Shown here: positions 30,832 to 34,287 of the stretch, one piece after another
Position numbering within the stretch: the first letter of the stretch is position 1
Layout: every line of letters begins with the position of its first letter
Source: Solirubrobacterales bacterium
GTDB taxonomy: Bacteria; Actinomycetota; Thermoleophilia; Solirubrobacterales; 70-9
NCBI GenBank assembly: GCA_038222365.1
Contig: JBBRHQ010000001.1
Span: forward strand, 1 to 34,287
DNA: 34,287 nt
Direction: 5' to 3'
Notes under the pieces: generated by a model
Database searches by the model: none
Told to the model about the DNA's origin: nothing
The model's input: only the letters and a program-made list of their open reading frames with translations
Translations under genes and position numbers: made by a program

Positions 30832-31694
30832 TGGGTGCCGCTCTACCCAACCTGCTGATCATCGGCGCCGCGAAATGCGGTACGACCAGCCTTCACTTCT
30901 ATCTGGATCAGCATCCCGACGTGTTCATGGCCCGTCCCGATGGTGGGCCCGGGGCGCCGAAGGAGATGCGCTTCTTCTGGCGTGACGACTGGCGCGAGCG
31001 CCTGGGGTGGTACGAGCAGCAGTTCGATCCCAGCGCCGCGGTCCGCGGCGAAGCGACCCCTTCATACACCCATTTCCCCTACCTCCCCGACGTTCCGAGT
31101 CGGATTCATTCGATTCTTCCCGAGGTGAAGCTGATCTACCTGGTGCGCGATCCGATTGAGCGGATCGTCGCCCACTGGGCCCAGACCCAGGAGGACGGCG
31201 ATCGCATGCCTCTGGAAGAGGCCCTGACGGATTACGAGCGCCCGGATCATCGCCTCGTCTGTGCCAGCAGATACGCGACACAGGTCGAGCAATACCTCGA
31301 GTATTTCTCCGCCGACCAGCTTCTCGTGCTGGACATGCACGACCTCAGCGCGCGGCGCCGAGAGGCGATCGAGAAAACATTCGGCTTCCTCGGTGTCGAC
31401 CCTCACTATCGCTCGCCTGAGTTCGAGAGCCGGCTCAACACGCGCCGCGACAAGCAGGCCCTGACGAGGGGCGGCGCCCTGCTCTGGGATCGAGTGCTCG
31501 TGCCCGCCGGACACACCCTGCCGGTTGGCGTGCGGCAGAGGGCGGCGCCTTCGCTTCGGCGGCTGCTGTCACGGAGCGTGATCACGCCTCCGCTGCGGGA
31601 TTCGACCGTCCTCGCCCTAAAGGGGCTGCTCGCGCCGGAGGTGGAGCGATTGCGCGGTCAAACGGGCATGGAGTTCGAGACTTGGTCGATGTGA
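30831..31694 (+). CDS. Sulfotransferase domain protein (Sulfotransfer_1-like, carbohydrate-sulfotransferase type)
   Basis: LLIIGAAKCGTTSLHFYL is a 5'-PSB loop and LIYLVRDPIERIVAHW is a 3'-PB motif (RDPxxR..S/H). The ATG 30831 start overlaps the upstream TGA. Confidence 0.85.
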   Translation: MGAALPNLLIIGAAKCGTTSLHFYLDQHPDVFMARPDGGPGAPKEMRFFWRDDWRERLGWYEQQFDPSAAVRGEATPSYTHFPYLPDVPSRIHSILPEVKLIYLVRDPIERIVAHWAQTQEDGDRMPLEEALTDYERPDHRLVCASRYATQVEQYLEYFSADQLLVLDMHDLSARRREAIEKTFGFLGVDPHYRSPEFESRLNTRRDKQALTRGGALLWDRVLVPAGHTLPVGVRQRAAPSLRRLLSRSVITPPLRDSTVLALKGLLAPEVERLRGQTGMEFETWSM

Positions 31695-33253
31695 ACCCAA
31701 TCCAGGCGCGGGCCTCGTTCCGGGAGGGCTTCGGCTTCGCAGCGATCAGCGCTGCGGTCGGTGGAGTGATCGGAATCGTCTCGAGCATCCTGATCGCCCG
31801 CCTCTACGGGATCGAGGTGATAGGCCAGTACGCGCTGGCCACAGCCCCGATGGGAATAGTCTGGTTCTTCTCGACAGTGCGGGAGAGGCCGGGGCTGATC
31901 AGGGCGTTGAACCCGCTGGCGCCCCGCTCTCCTGAGATCACCGGGATCTTCGCCGCCGTCCTCGCATTCTCGGTGGCTCTGACGGCGGTGGTCTCGGCCG
32001 TCGGTGCCGGAATCACCTACCTGCTCTTCAACGGCCCAATCGACCAGCCGGAGCTGTTCGGGCCGGCCGTCGCCTGCCTGGGCGGCTACCTGGTTGTGAT
32101 CAACACAGGTTGGAACCTCGACGGGGCCTTCTCCGCATTCCGAGCGGGGCGGCAGCTCTTCTGGATCCGCCTCCATCAAGCGGTGGCATTCATGGTCTTC
32201 GCGGCGGCCGCGAACCTGATCGCAGATTCCGTCTGGTGCCTGATTCTCGCTGTGCTGGCCGCGGCCCTGACCTCCCTGATTCACCGGATCATCTCGGTGC
32301 GCAGATGGATGAGGTTGATCGTGCCGGCTTCAGAGCTCAGAGCGGGGCTGCGGACGCTGCCGGAGATCCTCTGGTTCGGGCTCCGGGTCACACCTGGATC
32401 GCTGGCCGACGGGGCGAGTGCGGAAGCCGGGACGTGGATCCTGGGGCTGTTCAGCTCGGTCGCGACCGTGGGAGCCTGGAACATCGCCTGGACGCTCGGA
32501 AAACGAACCCTGGACCTGAACATCCGCTTGGCGGAGATGCTGTTCCCCACACTCGTCCAACGGTGGGCGGCCGATGATCGACGCGGCTTTCAGCGGGCCC
32601 TGACCGACTCGACCCGATACGCGGTCACCGTGATGTTGCTTCCCGCCGCTGTGGCGGGTGGCGCCTCCGATGGAGTCATGGGCCTTTTCGGGCCGGGCTT
32701 CTCCCGGGCGAGCGACGCATTGGTCCTGTTGCTGTTCGTCCCCGCACTGGCGACGACGATGATCTTCCAGACGCAGGCCCTGCTCGCCGTAAATCGCCCG
32801 ACGCTCACCTCCGTGCTCTCCGTCGTGCGCCTGGTGGTGACGCTGAGCGCGAGCGTCGGCCTGACGATCGCGATCGGGATCACGGGAACCGCAGCTGCGG
32901 TCGTCCTGGGCTTTGCCGTGCAGCTGGTGGCCCAGTTCAGGTACGTCGCCGGCCACTTCGAGGAAACCATCTTCGAATACTGGCCCCACCGGCAGATAAT
33001 CGCCCTGGTCCCGGCCTATCTGGTCGGCTTCGCCGCCGCCCGGCTGCTCGACACCGCAATCGCGCAGCCGGCCGGCCTGCTGGCCGCGCTGCTCGTCGGC
33101 TCGGCCGCCTACGCAACCTGCGTGCTCCTGATCGGCGGTGTCCTGCCCAGGGATCGCGAGCTGGGACGATCGATACTGCGGCGCATCTCGCCGGGGCTTG
33201 CTCCAAAGCTGTTTGCCCTCGGTGGCAGGGGCCGGCTGAGGGGTGTCGGATGA
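31682..33253 (+). CDS. Wzx-type oligosaccharide flippase (MOP superfamily polysaccharide biosynthesis protein)
   Basis: About 520 aa and polytopic (12-14 predicted helices by eye). Its position in the operon fits. The start is TTG 31682 or the in-frame GTG 31691, which forms a GTGA overlap. Confidence 0.75.
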   Translation: MVDVNPIQARASFREGFGFAAISAAVGGVIGIVSSILIARLYGIEVIGQYALATAPMGIVWFFSTVRERPGLIRALNPLAPRSPEITGIFAAVLAFSVALTAVVSAVGAGITYLLFNGPIDQPELFGPAVACLGGYLVVINTGWNLDGAFSAFRAGRQLFWIRLHQAVAFMVFAAAANLIADSVWCLILAVLAAALTSLIHRIISVRRWMRLIVPASELRAGLRTLPEILWFGLRVTPGSLADGASAEAGTWILGLFSSVATVGAWNIAWTLGKRTLDLNIRLAEMLFPTLVQRWAADDRRGFQRALTDSTRYAVTVMLLPAAVAGGASDGVMGLFGPGFSRASDALVLLLFVPALATTMIFQTQALLAVNRPTLTSVLSVVRLVVTLSASVGLTIAIGITGTAAAVVLGFAVQLVAQFRYVAGHFEETIFEYWPHRQIIALVPAYLVGFAAARLLDTAIAQPAGLLAALLVGSAAYATCVLLIGGVLPRDRELGRSILRRISPGLAPKLFALGGRGRLRGVG

Positions 33254-34275
33254 GCGTCGCGACAGACACCCCGCCCAAATTCCTCTTCTCCTGCCTCTCC
33301 GAGAACGACCCCCGGTGGCTTTCCAGCGTGCAGGGGCTCGTCCTCTCCCTGCGGCAGTTCGGGGGGAGCTGCAAGACGGCCCGATTCGTCGTCAACTACG
33401 TCGATCGGGTGCCGGCGGAGGCCGAGGCCGCCCTCTCCGAGCTCGGGGCCGAGACACGTTCGGTCCCACCTCTGGGCGATCGTGGCCCGCAGAACAAGCT
33501 CCGCATGCTCGATTTGCACGAGTCGTTCGATTTCGACCTGCTGGTGGCGCTCGACTGCGACACCGTTGTGGTCGGCGATCCCTCTCCCCGAATTCCCTCG
33601 ACGGCGATCGGCGCGAAGCCGGTCGACCATGACCTGCTCTCCCATGCTGACTGGCGGCGCCTCTGTCGCGCCCTGGCGGGCCCCGCGCCGGGGTCAGGCT
33701 CGGGCGTCCCGGCTGCTCGGCCGGAGATCCCCCGATGCTTCAACAGCGGGGTCCTGACCGTGCCACGAGCGTTCTGTGAAAAGTTCCAGGATGAATGGCT
33801 CAGCGCCCACCGATGGGTGACCGAGGCTCTCGGAGGCGATTCTCGACTGATCCCAAGGCACCTTCACTTCTTCGCAGATCAGCTTTCGCTGGCCTTCTGT
33901 CTGGCCCGCAGCGGCCTCGGCGTCGAGCCGCTGCCCCTGGCGATGAACTTCCCGACCCACATGCCGGTGGATTGCACCGAGCTCTGCGAGGATTCACCTC
34001 CGCTGATCCTCCATTATCACGATGCGGCGGACGAGCGGGGCTTTCTCTATCGACCGCGCTCCGCCGGCGGCGCGGCTCAGGTCGAGGCCTTCAACCTTGC
34101 TCGAGCGGCGTCCCTCGGGCCCCTCTACCCGGGCTTGCGCGGAAAGCCGCTTCTCTCTCGCCTCGGCCGATGGCTCTGCCGTCGGTTCTGGTCGATCCTC
34201 GCAGTGCGGCAGCGGCTGCGTACCCGACTCGCCGGCCGACCCGATCGTCTCGGGGCCACCTCGCTCGGGGACTAG
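33250..34275 (+). CDS. Nucleotide-diphospho-sugar transferase, GT8-like
   Basis: LLVALDCDTVVVGD (DxD) and CFNSGVLTV (the NSGV motif typical of GT8). ATGA overlap with the flippase gene. Confidence 0.6.
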   Translation: MSVATDTPPKFLFSCLSENDPRWLSSVQGLVLSLRQFGGSCKTARFVVNYVDRVPAEAEAALSELGAETRSVPPLGDRGPQNKLRMLDLHESFDFDLLVALDCDTVVVGDPSPRIPSTAIGAKPVDHDLLSHADWRRLCRALAGPAPGSGSGVPAARPEIPRCFNSGVLTVPRAFCEKFQDEWLSAHRWVTEALGGDSRLIPRHLHFFADQLSLAFCLARSGLGVEPLPLAMNFPTHMPVDCTELCEDSPPLILHYHDAADERGFLYRPRSAGGAAQVEAFNLARAASLGPLYPGLRGKPLLSRLGRWLCRRFWSILAVRQRLRTRLAGRPDRLGATSLGD

Positions 34276-34287
34276 CCCTGCTTCACC

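Overview
High-GC bacterial DNA. GTG/TTG starts, ATGA/GTGA stop-start overlaps and the gene families present suggest an Actinomycetota-like host; this is inference only. The window has three zones. (1) 1-7.5 kb is the right-hand end of an integrative, probably conjugative or mobilizable, element. It carries a relaxase/helicase C-terminus, an ECF-like sigma factor, an excisionase and a tyrosine integrase. Its cargo is an AbiEi/AbiEii pair, a HicA/HicB-like pair and two small unknown ORFs. (2) 7.5-13.0 kb holds two integrase-less islands. The zone is punctuated by three identical 42-nt copies of positions 32-73 of a tRNA-His(GTG) gene (7452, 10405, 12999). None is joined to a tRNA 5' half, so I read them as att-type scars of serial integration. 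The first island consists almost entirely of a head-to-tail array of six complete plus one vestigial NTF2/SnoaL-like genes. The array is in a single reading frame, has about 60 nt of near-identical junction sequence and has very divergent cores. This array is my best candidate for an undescribed cassette system. (3) 13-34 kb looks like backbone: a RibD_C/DHFR-like gene, a lone NTF2 paralog with a vestigial cassette start behind it, a secreted protein, and then an ~18 kb Wzx/Wzy-type polysaccharide locus. That locus has a priming phosphoglycosyl transferase, two SDR epimerase/dehydratases, several GTs, a Wzz-like protein, a Wzy-like protein and a flippase. It also has two unrelated sulfotransferases, which predicts a sulfated polysaccharide, and two unusual fusions (Gfo/Idh/MocA + receiver-like domain; GT2 + alpha/alpha-toroid-like domain). 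All functional calls come from reading motifs by eye in the supplied translations. No database search was run. I found no rRNA, intact tRNA, CRISPR array or transposase.
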